A DNA stretch of 64,000 nt from Myxococcales bacterium. Lineage in GTDB: Bacteria > Myxococcota_A > Polyangia > Polyangiales > Polyangiaceae. The position numbers and the translations under genes are program-made. The notes below the pieces were generated by a model. That model was not told the origin of the DNA. It did no database searches and worked only from the letters and a program-made list of their open reading frames with translations. The stretch spans positions 32,001 through 96,000 of the forward strand of contig JAYTOU010000033.1 in the NCBI GenBank assembly GCA_043747615.1, written 5' to 3'. This document shows positions 29,301 to 37,398 of this stretch, one piece after another (position 1 is the stretch's first letter; every line of letters starts with the position of its first letter).

Positions 29301-30606
29301 TCACCTCTACGGAGACCTCGTGGTCGGCAAGTACGACGTGGCCAAACAGCAGGTCGCGTGGCAATCGGTGGACGGCGTCCCCGCGCGCACCGACGGAACG
29401 TGCCCCTCCAACGAGCGGCACGGCTGGCGCGGCGGCGAAACCGAAGGCGGCGACGACGTCGGCCGCTACACGAACATCGTGCTCGATCCCCAGGATCGGC
29501 CGATGGTCAGCTACTTCGACGACACGCACACCGCGCTCAAGTTCGCCTCGTACGACGGCGAGCATTGGTCGACCCACACGGTCACTGGCGCGCCCGGGAG
29601 CGACATCGGCCGCTACGCAAAGATGACGATCGTCGCCGGCAATCCGGTCATCGCCTTCCTAGTCATGGAAAAAGGTAACGGCGGGCACATGCGCTCCAAG
29701 GTGGCGCTGGCCAAGGCCTCCACTGCGACACCGCACGCCCCCGCCGATTGGGCCTTCGAGGACGCCGTCATCGACGAAAGCGGCCCCTGCCGCGCGCAGT
29801 TTTGCGACGGCACGGATGCGTGCGTGATCTCCACCGGAGCCTGCACGCCGACCGTCCTCGGATGCACCCCGGCCGACTGCGGAAAAGGAAAAGCCTGCGT
29901 CACCGTCAGTGGAAAAGCGACGTGCGCGAGCATCGCAGACACCGGCTTCGTCCAAGCATTGCCGAGCGCATTTGGCGACTACATCAGCATGGTCAACGGG
30001 CCGCAGGGGCTCGGCATCGTGGTCTACGACCGCTACCACGGAAACTTGGTGGGCGTTGCCAACGGCGGAAGCGCCTGGGTGGCAACGACGCTCGACGGAG
30101 AGACGGGCGCTCGCTCGACCAACACCGCGAAGGACACGGGCGACGTCGGCGTGGCGGCATCCCTCGCCATCACGTCGAACGGAGACTGGCACGTGAGCTA
30201 CGTCAACGGCATCAAAGAGACGCTCCAGTACATTCTCGTTCCGGGCGGGAAAACCGGCCTGAAACCGGAGATCATCGACGACGGCGCAGGGCTCGGCGTC
30301 GGCGCCCCCGCGTTCGCAGACGGCCTTCACGTCGTGGGCGACGACTCGAGCATTCAGGTCGACGAGTCCACGGGAACGATCACCGTCACCTACCAAGACT
30401 CGACGGTGGGGGAGCTCCGCATTGCGACCGGAGCCGTCAGCGGCGCAGGGCACACCTGGACCGTGCGAAGTGTTCCGCAGCCCAATCGGTTCGCGGGCTT
30501 CTTCCCCGTCCACACTGCCGGCTTGCCGCAGATAGCCAACTGGTGGCGAACGACCGATCACACCGCGAAGTCGATCTCGGGCGACGTCGCCTTCATCACG
30601 CCGTAG
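26347..30606 (+). CDS. Large surface protein: BPI/LBP-like region, internal MYXO-CTERM-like motif, C-terminal beta-propeller-like region
   Basis: 1419-aa ORF; N-terminal lipobox IASC; GGGCGCS-x-TM-RRWRRR in mid-protein; repeated DVG.Y.SI/L...P.ISY motifs in the C-terminal half. Confidence 0.8.
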   Translation: MLRDLWRRAFGFVLFLTIASCAGGGGCGGCSAAIPGGFPSDSVIPNSASLRLTRPGLDFIGANLGSVASKVLGKAGGVYSIDVPKSSPEITALPIPIIGGHIVHYIVNICPNSPNPSSVPPECIADIGIGNAQLHLDSVTPDSVLISGTLPVRLQDLPIDAKSQNLLPDINGLHVAIGAPAGSGRCNGPTPTVDYQAFPLDISLPIVAETLAPRAGYSKIDIANAIVNVDIKQNDVTVCGSCFLDGLPGCGSGACCDAVFNFIKNQAFGTLKNKVTDILKTQLGDALCTKPDPTLTPQCPTATEVSADKKFCIFPGTTQCVSRQLGTDGHVDLGSALRSISPGTSGGLNFVLAGAGAMDAAPNMPADDIGYVGHTPNGLTLGMLGGAVPQPQSTCVPMFKNTAPTGIPVPDEMRLDTQAPWPMGVPQPDLGIALAGRFLNYAFGSMYNSGLLCLGVSTEQFQQLQSGLLSILIPSIKNLTLEQKGAAVAITTRPQVPPVVKIGSGKDIKTDPLLSVELKQFAVDFYVWSEDRYVRAFTFTGDLTIPINLSTAKDPKTNPNGGLLPVLGDIAIANATVTNSDLLLDDPATIASSLSAILGGLSGQLFGALKPFDIGGALKSFGMGMTIPDGGIRKLHKGSDDFLAIFGNLALSKNAIVEADTEARIIGKTVHPEAMSLGTITRDKLPELNAIFSSPLDNGSHLVEYAWAIDEGTRSAWSRDREVTVKSDYLVFQGRHTLKVWAREVGQQASEDSTPALVPFTIDTLAPKVEIKETAAGTSAVKAWDFVSDESALVARYRVTTSGHAGAAATLGEFGEWAPAATLASLSTPGAISVDVEVRDEEGNVGTVSSALIRGRPDPSLAAGGGCGCSTPGSTNVSGGWGLFALGGLFAFSSRRWRRRASSLRSTAAAVGLGTITFVASTSQGCSCAGAGDVNAEGCGTDCKQVCNPALPQGLIGAYTSVSKAKDGTIWVAGYNDAVVTPDENHLYGDLVVGKYDVAKQQVAWQSVDGVPARTDGTCPSNERHGWRGGETEGGDDVGRYTNIVLDPQDRPMVSYFDDTHTALKFASYDGEHWSTHTVTGAPGSDIGRYAKMTIVAGNPVIAFLVMEKGNGGHMRSKVALAKASTATPHAPADWAFEDAVIDESGPCRAQFCDGTDACVISTGACTPTVLGCTPADCGKGKACVTVSGKATCASIADTGFVQALPSAFGDYISMVNGPQGLGIVVYDRYHGNLVGVANGGSAWVATTLDGETGARSTNTAKDTGDVGVAASLAITSNGDWHVSYVNGIKETLQYILVPGGKTGLKPEIIDDGAGLGVGAPAFADGLHVVGDDSSIQVDESTGTITVTYQDSTVGELRIATGAVSGAGHTWTVRSVPQPNRFAGFFPVHTAGLPQIANWWRTTDHTAKSISGDVAFITP

Positions 30607-30609
30607 CTC

Positions 30610-30873
30610 TTAGGCTGCGCAGAATTCGCCGCCGCCAAGCACGTTCCCGAGCGGGCGCATCGCAGGGCCGGAAGCGCGTTCGCGCTCTTGAGCGACGAGC
30701 TCTAGCAGCTCCTCTTTGCCGGCCATTCCGGTCTCAAGCACGGCGCGCATGTATCCGTCTACGTAGCCGTGCGCCCGCGCCAATCGCGCGTGGGTCTCGC
30801 CGGCTGCCTTCGCCGCGAAGATGTCCCGAAGCATGCCGCGGAGCTCGTTCAAAACCTCGGTCTTGGTACGCAT
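30610..30873 (-). CDS. Small hypothetical helical protein
   Basis: 87-aa ORF filling the gap between neighbours; amphipathic, protein-like (RAHGYVDGYMRAV). Confidence 0.7.
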   Translation of the reverse strand: MRTKTEVLNELRGMLRDIFAAKAAGETHARLARAHGYVDGYMRAVLETGMAGKEELLELVAQERERASGPAMRPLGNVLGGGEFCAA

Positions 30874-30973
30874 ACGTTGGGCTTACAGAATGCGACGGTG
30901 CGGGGCCAAATTTGCGGCATACGGATTATTGGAGCTTTCCTGGGCGTTCGAGTAGACGAAACGTCTGGCGACA

Positions 30974-32170
30974 ATGGTGAACGATGCGCAAAAAACCGGC
31001 GCCACGAATGAGCGCGTCGAAGCGGCCTACGATGCGCTGGGCAAGCACCCGTGCCTCTCCGACTTGGTGGCCATCGCCCGCGCGGTGATCACCCATGTTG
31101 CCGACGCACGGAGTGCAAGCGCAAAGGGGCCAGGCGCGCGCGCCCTCGCCGACGAAGCAAAGCTCGGCGTGGAAGGCGCCACGACCCCGTTCGGCGATCC
31201 AATCGCCACGCTCGAGCGCGGCCCCGAGAACGACGCCGAGCGCGCGCTGTGCTGCGCGTTGTGGGCGCACGCGATCGCTGAGAGCCCGCCGAAGGCCCAA
31301 GAGGCGGAGGATCGCCTAGCCTCCGACATCCTGTGGCTCGCCGCGCACACGCCGTACGACGCGACGCCGCTCCTCGATCGCGCGCTCGGTGAGAGCGCCG
31401 GAGAAATTTGGGCGGCCGTCGCGGATCGCATTCGTCGCATCGACGCGCACAAGCTCCCCGACCTCGGTCGCGGCGAAGCGCTCCTCGGCGCGGCCGCTCT
31501 TGCTCTTTCTTCGTCCCCGACCGCCGCAAAGCAGGCAAAGGCCCTCGCGAGCGAGCTTAAAGATCCAGCGCTCCTCCGGATGTTCGCGGGGCGAGGAAAC
31601 GCGAGCGCCGCAGACGAGCACATCGTGGGCGAGATGGCCCCGGTTCCCCGAACGCCGCTGGCCACGACTGCGCTCGCGCTCACGGGACTGCTCTTCTTGA
31701 TCCACGGAGCTCGCCTCGCGGCGAGACTCACGCTCGCGTACCGGCGCCCGGCCGAGGTGACCCTCTCCGGTCAGAGCGTTACGATTCACTTCCGCACGAT
31801 CATCCTTGGTCGCACTCTTAACGAGCGGACTGTGATCTTCGGTCGCGAAGGCCTGGTGCGCGCCGCGCGTGAAGTTCGTTACCCGAATGCTGCGTTCTAT
31901 TCGGGGCTTCTCGCTCTCGCTCTCGGCAGCTACGTCGGAGTCTCTACGTTCGTCGAGGGCGCGCGCGCGGCATCTCCGTCTCTCCTGATGATCGGATTTT
32001 TGATCACGGCCGCGGGCATTGCCCTCGATTTTGGCTTGGCGAGCATCGCTCCGAGCGCGAAGGGCCGGTGCCGCGTTCTCTTCGTTCCTCGAGAAGGCGC
32101 ATCCATCTGCATCGGAGCCGTCGATGCCGCACGCGCCGACGTCGCCCTCGCCCGCCTCTCCACTCCGTAA
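30974..32170 (+). CDS. Hypothetical membrane protein
   Basis: 398 aa; helical N-terminal domain and three hydrophobic segments in the C-terminal half. Confidence 0.7.
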   Translation: MVNDAQKTGATNERVEAAYDALGKHPCLSDLVAIARAVITHVADARSASAKGPGARALADEAKLGVEGATTPFGDPIATLERGPENDAERALCCALWAHAIAESPPKAQEAEDRLASDILWLAAHTPYDATPLLDRALGESAGEIWAAVADRIRRIDAHKLPDLGRGEALLGAAALALSSSPTAAKQAKALASELKDPALLRMFAGRGNASAADEHIVGEMAPVPRTPLATTALALTGLLFLIHGARLAARLTLAYRRPAEVTLSGQSVTIHFRTIILGRTLNERTVIFGREGLVRAAREVRYPNAAFYSGLLALALGSYVGVSTFVEGARAASPSLLMIGFLITAAGIALDFGLASIAPSAKGRCRVLFVPREGASICIGAVDAARADVALARLSTP

Positions 32171-32181
32171 CGCCGAGCGAC

Positions 32182-33927
32182 CTAACCGCCCGTCAGTCGC
32201 TCGCCGACGATGGCTTCGAGCCTGCCGCTCGTGCCGCGGATTTCCACGCGCACCGAACGCGGACCGGTGGGCGATGCGCACGCACGCACAGCGGCGCTCC
32301 ACTCGGCAACGGAGCGGTCGAGCTCGTCCGAGGAGCCCGCGTCGAATACCCGAAGCTCGACACCGCTCCCCTCCCCTTCGACACCCACGGCGACCTTCAC
32401 GCATTGCCCGGCGTTGAGGTTCTCGCCGTACGAAATTCGCCTCCCCGGATCGAGCGAGAAGCTCTTTGCGGCGAGTGGAAATCCTTCGTGCATCATCGAT
32501 GGTCCCGACGCTGCGCGCGCCATCATGCGGGCCGAAGCGAGCGGGTGCGCGGCAAAAGCAGCGTCCTTCCAGCGCTCTGAGCGCGCGAGAACGGAGAACG
32601 GACCGGGACGCCCACGGCTCTCGAGCTCGAGCTGGGCGCGCGCGCGACCGCACACGAATAGAGCGATCGATCCCGACGCGCCGGCAGACGCGAGGAGTGA
32701 GCCGCTCGGATCCCAAACGGACGCATCGAGGAGCGCCAAGGGAGCGCCGCCGACCACGTCGATCCGACTGCACGTCGCAGGAACGCGAGGAGCGGGGCGC
32801 CCGCTCTTGGCCTCCGCCTCGCTGAGGACGGCGACCTTCGCTTCGGAGGCCACACCGAGGTCGAGTGGGATCGTCACCCGGCGCCCGAGCACGAGCGCTC
32901 CATTCGTGCTCGCCGACGGCGCGCCGTACCCGGCCCTGGCAAGATCGGCGTTGCGAGACGCGCGCGAGGCTTCGAGCGAGAGCGGTGACGCGACCCACGC
33001 AACGTCTGGGCGTCCCGAAAAATCCCTGGCAACCTCGCCCCGCGCCTTGGCAAGAACGACCGCGGCGAGCCCCCCTCCGACGTGCGGGCGAATGGCGAGC
33101 GATCCGCTGAAGGACACGGGCGAGCACAGGGTGAGCGTGCGATCACGAACGCCTTCGTGAGCTCGGGCGACGACGCGCCCTTCGCCGTCGAGCGCTTCCA
33201 CTTCGAGGAGCGCAACGTCGTCGTCCGGAACGATGACCGCATCGACGCATTGATTCGCCTCCAGGGGGAGCCCCGCGTACGTGATGGAGCGCGCGTCCAG
33301 CGTGAGCGCGATCCGGCGGAATTCTTCCCACGTACCGCCGAGAGCCGTGCGATGGGCACGGACGTGGTCGTCGAGGCCGGGCCACGCATCTGCGGGACGC
33401 GGCCCGCCCCCCTGCCCTCCGCGCGCACCAAGCGCACGTCCGACCTCGGCAGCGCGATCGCGGGGAACGACCTGCGCGGCGAGCGCCACGAGCCCCTCGC
33501 CGCCCGCGGTGTGAACGGCCAAATAGATTCGCTCGGGGTGCGGCGGACACAGGAGAATCGTGGGGTGCGCGTCGGGAGCTTCGTCGGCTGCGATCGGATT
33601 TCCTTCGTCAGCGAATGCCGCGACGTCGATGTCTTCGACGGAGCTCGAAGCGCGCGCGTACGCAAGGAGGCACGCGTCTGCGGGAACCTCGACGAACGCA
33701 CCGATCCGCTCATTTTCGACGGCCTCTCCCGATGCGACGATCGACACGGGCCCGGCTCCGAGGCGGGCTGCGCGTGCGGGAATATCGTCGAGGAGAAGGC
33801 TTGCGTCGAGGTCACCGAGGATGACCCGCGGAGCAACGGGTGCGCGCGCGAATTTCACGGAAGGGGCCGCGCCAGAGCCGCAACCGACGGAGAGCACCAC
33901 CGCAAAGAAAAGGGAAGTCAGTCTCAT
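32182..33927 (-). CDS. Hypothetical lipoprotein with about 4 tandem Cys-containing beta-sandwich (PPC-like) modules
   Basis: The true start is probably MRLTSLFFAVVLSVGC at 33927 (lipobox; ATGA overlap with the upstream gene). Repeating pattern C-x(n)-D[ILV]D/E...D..G..[LIV]A....C. Confidence 0.75.
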   Translation of the reverse strand: MRLTSLFFAVVLSVGCGSGAAPSVKFARAPVAPRVILGDLDASLLLDDIPARAARLGAGPVSIVASGEAVENERIGAFVEVPADACLLAYARASSSVEDIDVAAFADEGNPIAADEAPDAHPTILLCPPHPERIYLAVHTAGGEGLVALAAQVVPRDRAAEVGRALGARGGQGGGPRPADAWPGLDDHVRAHRTALGGTWEEFRRIALTLDARSITYAGLPLEANQCVDAVIVPDDDVALLEVEALDGEGRVVARAHEGVRDRTLTLCSPVSFSGSLAIRPHVGGGLAAVVLAKARGEVARDFSGRPDVAWVASPLSLEASRASRNADLARAGYGAPSASTNGALVLGRRVTIPLDLGVASEAKVAVLSEAEAKSGRPAPRVPATCSRIDVVGGAPLALLDASVWDPSGSLLASAGASGSIALFVCGRARAQLELESRGRPGPFSVLARSERWKDAAFAAHPLASARMMARAASGPSMMHEGFPLAAKSFSLDPGRRISYGENLNAGQCVKVAVGVEGEGSGVELRVFDAGSSDELDRSVAEWSAAVRACASPTGPRSVRVEIRGTSGRLEAIVGERLTGG

Positions 33928-35252
33928 CGTCCGAGCTCCCAGAGCCCCGTTTGCATGCGGTAGAGGCCGAGGCCCCAGGCAATCGACGACCCACGGGCAT
34001 CGACTTCGAGACGCGCGTGGTCGTGATCTCGCGCGCAGAACGCGACCGCACCAGAGTCGTCGTTCACTCCGCGATCGTCCGAGGCTTCGACGCTGCCCAC
34101 GATGGCTCGAACGCCGATCCCGCGGGGATTCCCGTGCGCAACACCGACCACCACGAGGTAGCACGCGCCTGGCTCGACGAGGACGACGATCGGGGTGAGA
34201 CCAGACGAGCCTTGGGCGACGAAGATTGGCTCGTCCCGGGGGGGCATCACGCTGCGCGCGAGAAGCGCAGCCGCCATTTTTGCTTTCGGCCCGCCGCCCC
34301 AGAGGAGCGGGAGGTGCGCCGGGATCGCCCACGCTGCGTGAGTCACGATCACCGAGCCGCCAGGCACCGCTCCTGCGAACGCCACCCCGCCGAGCGTCGT
34401 TCCACCGACGCAGGTCTCGAGATGCCCGTCGGGCGCTTCCGTTCGATCGCGCGCGAGGAGCACGTCTTCGTCGGTGTCGCGAAGCTCCGCATCGATGTCG
34501 AGTCGGAATTTGCGCGATGAGTTCGCGGTGCGCGGATCCGTTCCGAAGAGCTCCAGGCGATGACACCCCGGATCGAGCTCGAGCTCCCCCGCGCCGGAGC
34601 CGTCTTCGGCTGCACGCCACGTATGCCGGGGAAGGACGACGCCGCCTTCGTTCTTCGCACGCCCTTCGGCTCCATCCGCGCGACGAGCCTGCGCAGGAAG
34701 CGGCGGAAGGATCCCCGGCTCGGGCGAGGCGGGGATGAGCCCTCCCGTGCGCTCGGGAAAAATGGTGCGCAGCGGCGGTAGTGCGGATTTCGATCGCGCG
34801 ACCACCACCTCGATCGCTCCGCGTCCAGCATCGCTCGTCACGATCAAACGATCGCGGTTGAAGGTGGGAGACGGCGCTCTCGCCGAATCGCAATGCGACA
34901 GCTCGAGGAGCCCAGCGACGCTCGCTCCGCGCGCCTTCGAGGTCTCCCCTGACTCGTCTTCCTCGTCCTGCGGGTCGCTCGCTCCGCCGAACTTGGCGTG
35001 GAAGCTCATCCCGCGTGCGCCGATGAGCGCGACGGTGGTGCAGCGCTGGGAGGGCATCGGTGGAAGGACGACGCCGATGGTCTCGCTGTCGTAGATAAAT
35101 CGGGTTGGTACGGCAGCGACCGCCGCACCGGACGCCCGCCACTGATCGTTCGCCCGTGCTCCGAGATCGCGCAGGTCAGCCGAGACCGCTGGCGCGATCG
35201 AGGTGAGCAGCAAGGCGACCATCGACACCGTGAAACCGGCGCTCCGCCTCAT
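33924..35252 (-). CDS. Hypothetical secreted protein with about 3 modules similar to the downstream lipoprotein
   Basis: Signal peptide MRRSAGFTVSMVALLLTSIAPAVSA; TGATG overlap with the JAB gene stop; LDPGCHRL..DIDAEL and VEPGACYL modules. Confidence 0.75.
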   Translation of the reverse strand: MRRSAGFTVSMVALLLTSIAPAVSADLRDLGARANDQWRASGAAVAAVPTRFIYDSETIGVVLPPMPSQRCTTVALIGARGMSFHAKFGGASDPQDEEDESGETSKARGASVAGLLELSHCDSARAPSPTFNRDRLIVTSDAGRGAIEVVVARSKSALPPLRTIFPERTGGLIPASPEPGILPPLPAQARRADGAEGRAKNEGGVVLPRHTWRAAEDGSGAGELELDPGCHRLELFGTDPRTANSSRKFRLDIDAELRDTDEDVLLARDRTEAPDGHLETCVGGTTLGGVAFAGAVPGGSVIVTHAAWAIPAHLPLLWGGGPKAKMAAALLARSVMPPRDEPIFVAQGSSGLTPIVVLVEPGACYLVVVGVAHGNPRGIGVRAIVGSVEASDDRGVNDDSGAVAFCARDHDHARLEVDARGSSIAWGLGLYRMQTGLWELGR

Positions 35253-35773
35253 CAAGTTTCGGCCGTGACCGAGAGCGACGTCTCCAGGAAAGAGCTTGTC
35301 GCTGGATCCCATACGAAGAGGCGATGATCGTCGACCGTGCCGCCCCTCACGCTGGTCACGAGATACGCCAGATCGTATGCGGGCTCGGAGCCCCCCATCG
35401 TTGCCGCGCTCGCGTCGGTCTCGGAGAAGTAGGCGCCGACGTCGAGATGAGAGTGGTAGAGAATTTTTACCGGACGACCGAGAGCTTCACGCTCGCGAAT
35501 TTCGCGCTCGAACTTCATGGGGTTGATGTCGAAGTACATCCGGCCGGTTCGCGGATACGTGACGGGATCGAGAGCGTGGAGCTTGTTGGCCCTGTTTTCC
35601 ATGGGAACGGCAGCGTCGACAAGGAGAGGCTCGGACCGCGGCCCGACCAAGAATCCGCAGCTCTCCTCGTCTCGTGCGTAGGCTGCGCGCGCATCTTCAA
35701 AGACCGCTTCGAGCGCGGTCTTTCGAATCACGAGGCTCCCGCTCACCCACGGATGTTTCTCTCGGCCCTGCAT
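35252..35773 (-). CDS. JAB/Mov34/MPN metallopeptidase (Mec-like sulfur-carrier peptidase)
   Basis: EESCGFL...YHSH....AYFSETD JAMM motif; start at ATG 35773 or GTG 35782. Confidence 0.9.
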   Translation of the reverse strand: MQGREKHPWVSGSLVIRKTALEAVFEDARAAYARDEESCGFLVGPRSEPLLVDAAVPMENRANKLHALDPVTYPRTGRMYFDINPMKFEREIREREALGRPVKILYHSHLDVGAYFSETDASAATMGGSEPAYDLAYLVTSVRGGTVDDHRLFVWDPATSSFLETSLSVTAET

Positions 35774-35778
35774 CGGAA

Positions 35779-36732
35779 TCACCAAACGTATCGCCGCTCC
35801 CACTTCATGGGGGCAAAATACCGATCGCCGCGGTCGCAAACGATCACGACTACGCAGCCTCCGCGCCCCGATTTTTGCAGACCTTCGGCGATCCGGAGGG
35901 CCGCGCAGATGTTCGCCCCCGACGAGTGACCGACGTTCAGTCCTTCTTCGCGCGAAAGCCGCTCGGCCATGTCCCAGCCGTCTTCGGTCGACACGGCCAT
36001 GATCTCGTCGGGGACGCGCGGGTCGTAGATCGCTGGAACGATGCTGCTCGCGAGATGCTTCAGTCCCTCGAGCCCATGCAGCGCCTGATCCGGTTCCACC
36101 GCGACGCAGCGGATCGGCCGGGGATGCTCCTTCAGTCGGCGCGCCGTGCCCATCATCGTCCCCGTCGTGCCCAGACCGGCCACGAAGTGCGTAATGCGAT
36201 CGCCGACGGCGTCGAGAATCTCCGGACCCGTCGTGTCGTAATGCGCCAGCGGGTTCGAGGGATTACCGTACTGATCGGGATAGAAATACGTCTCCGGATC
36301 TTTTGCGACAATCGCCCGAACGTGCGTGATCGCGCCATCGGAGCCTTCGAGCGGATCGGAGAAAATGACCTCGGTGCCGAATGCGCGCGCAATGTCTTTG
36401 CGCGGCTTTGAAACGTTCGACGGCATCACCAGACGAACCCGGATCCCGAGCGCGGCACCGAAGAGCGAATAAGCGACGCCGGTGTTTCCGCTGGTGGAGT
36501 CGATGAGAATTTTCTTCTCGGTGAGCCGCCCGTCGGACATGGCATCTTGCATCATGCGGAGCGCAGCGCGGTCCTTTACGCTGCCTCCTGGATTCGCAAA
36601 CTCTAGCTTTGCGAGAACCTCGACGGCAGGCACATGAGACGCCACCTTGCGGAGCCGGACGAGCGGCGTGTTGCCGACCGCGTCGACCACCGAATCGATG
36701 CGTCGAGAGATGCGACGAGGCAGCGCGCTCAC
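35779..36732 (-). CDS. cysM: PLP-dependent cysteine synthase (CysM-like, probably sulfur-carrier dependent)
   Basis: GNTPLV, KLEFANPGGSVKDR, TSGNTG, GLGTTGT, HGLEGLK and SSGAN motifs; adjacent to the Ubl and JAB genes. Confidence 0.85.
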   Translation of the reverse strand: MSALPRRISRRIDSVVDAVGNTPLVRLRKVASHVPAVEVLAKLEFANPGGSVKDRAALRMMQDAMSDGRLTEKKILIDSTSGNTGVAYSLFGAALGIRVRLVMPSNVSKPRKDIARAFGTEVIFSDPLEGSDGAITHVRAIVAKDPETYFYPDQYGNPSNPLAHYDTTGPEILDAVGDRITHFVAGLGTTGTMMGTARRLKEHPRPIRCVAVEPDQALHGLEGLKHLASSIVPAIYDPRVPDEIMAVSTEDGWDMAERLSREEGLNVGHSSGANICAALRIAEGLQKSGRGGCVVVIVCDRGDRYFAPMKWERRYVW

Positions 36733-36733
36733 G

Positions 36734-37117
36734 TCAGCTCGCCGCGAAGAGACTTCGCAGCGTGTGAAGCGCGCGAAAGGCCCCCTCTGCGAGTTCACGT
36801 GCGGCGGGATCGAGCGCGGCGAGGATCGGCGGAAGGGTGACCGCCTTTTCGTGGCTATTTTTAGCGTGATTGTCGACGGTTCCGTCCACGACCTCGACGC
36901 GCACGGAGGGATCGACGGCCACGGCTGCGCGTGCCTGCGCGTAGTCGTTCACCGTGAGAATGCCGACCCCTGCGCCCGCTAGGTAACGCGCTTCAATCTC
37001 GCCGGCGAACCCTAAGGAGCACACGCGCGCCTCACTCGACGCGAGCTTTGCTTGCCGCTCTGCGCCCACCTCCGCGAGACGTGCCTGCCGGGTGTGCCTC
37101 ACGGGTGTCGCGATCAA
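36734..37117 (-). CDS. Miniature degenerate ThiF/MoeB (E1-like) protein
   Basis: RHTRQARLAEVGAERQAKL and ARYLAGAGVG resemble the MoeB N-terminus; no GxGxxG, NLxRQ or CxxC; TTGA overlap with the Ubl gene. Confidence 0.75.
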   Translation of the reverse strand: MIATPVRHTRQARLAEVGAERQAKLASSEARVCSLGFAGEIEARYLAGAGVGILTVNDYAQARAAVAVDPSVRVEVVDGTVDNHAKNSHEKAVTLPPILAALDPAARELAEGAFRALHTLRSLFAAS

Positions 37118-37389
37118 ATCCCGCCCGCGATCGCCGGGACGATCGTGATCTGGTCGCCGCTCTTCAGCGCCGTCGCCAGCCCTTGCAGGAAGCGCACGTC
37201 TTCTTCGCCGACGTAGATGTTGATGAAGCGGCGCACGCCCTTGTCGTCGAGCAGGCGCTCTTTCAAACCGGGATGCTGCTTATCGAGCGTGTCGATAATC
37301 TCCCCGACGGTGGCGCCCGCCGCTTTGACTTCGTCTTGACCGCCCGTGAGGGAGCGTAGGGCGGCGGGAATGCGAACGATGGTTTCCAT
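37114..37389 (-). CDS. MoaD/ThiS/CysO family ubiquitin-like sulfur carrier
   Basis: VRIPAALR...G.TVGE...RRFINIYV..EDVRFL.GL.T.L..GD.I.IVPAIAGG(I). Confidence 0.92.
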   Translation of the reverse strand: METIVRIPAALRSLTGGQDEVKAAGATVGEIIDTLDKQHPGLKERLLDDKGVRRFINIYVGEEDVRFLQGLATALKSGDQITIVPAIAGGI

Positions 37390-37398
37390 GGTCTTCTC

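Noticed and set aside
32182..35142. 986-aa ORF as a single protein
   Set aside because: The first ~400 aa are Arg-rich shadow translation overlapping the 33924-35252 gene. The credible protein starts at ATG 33927 with a lipoprotein signal.
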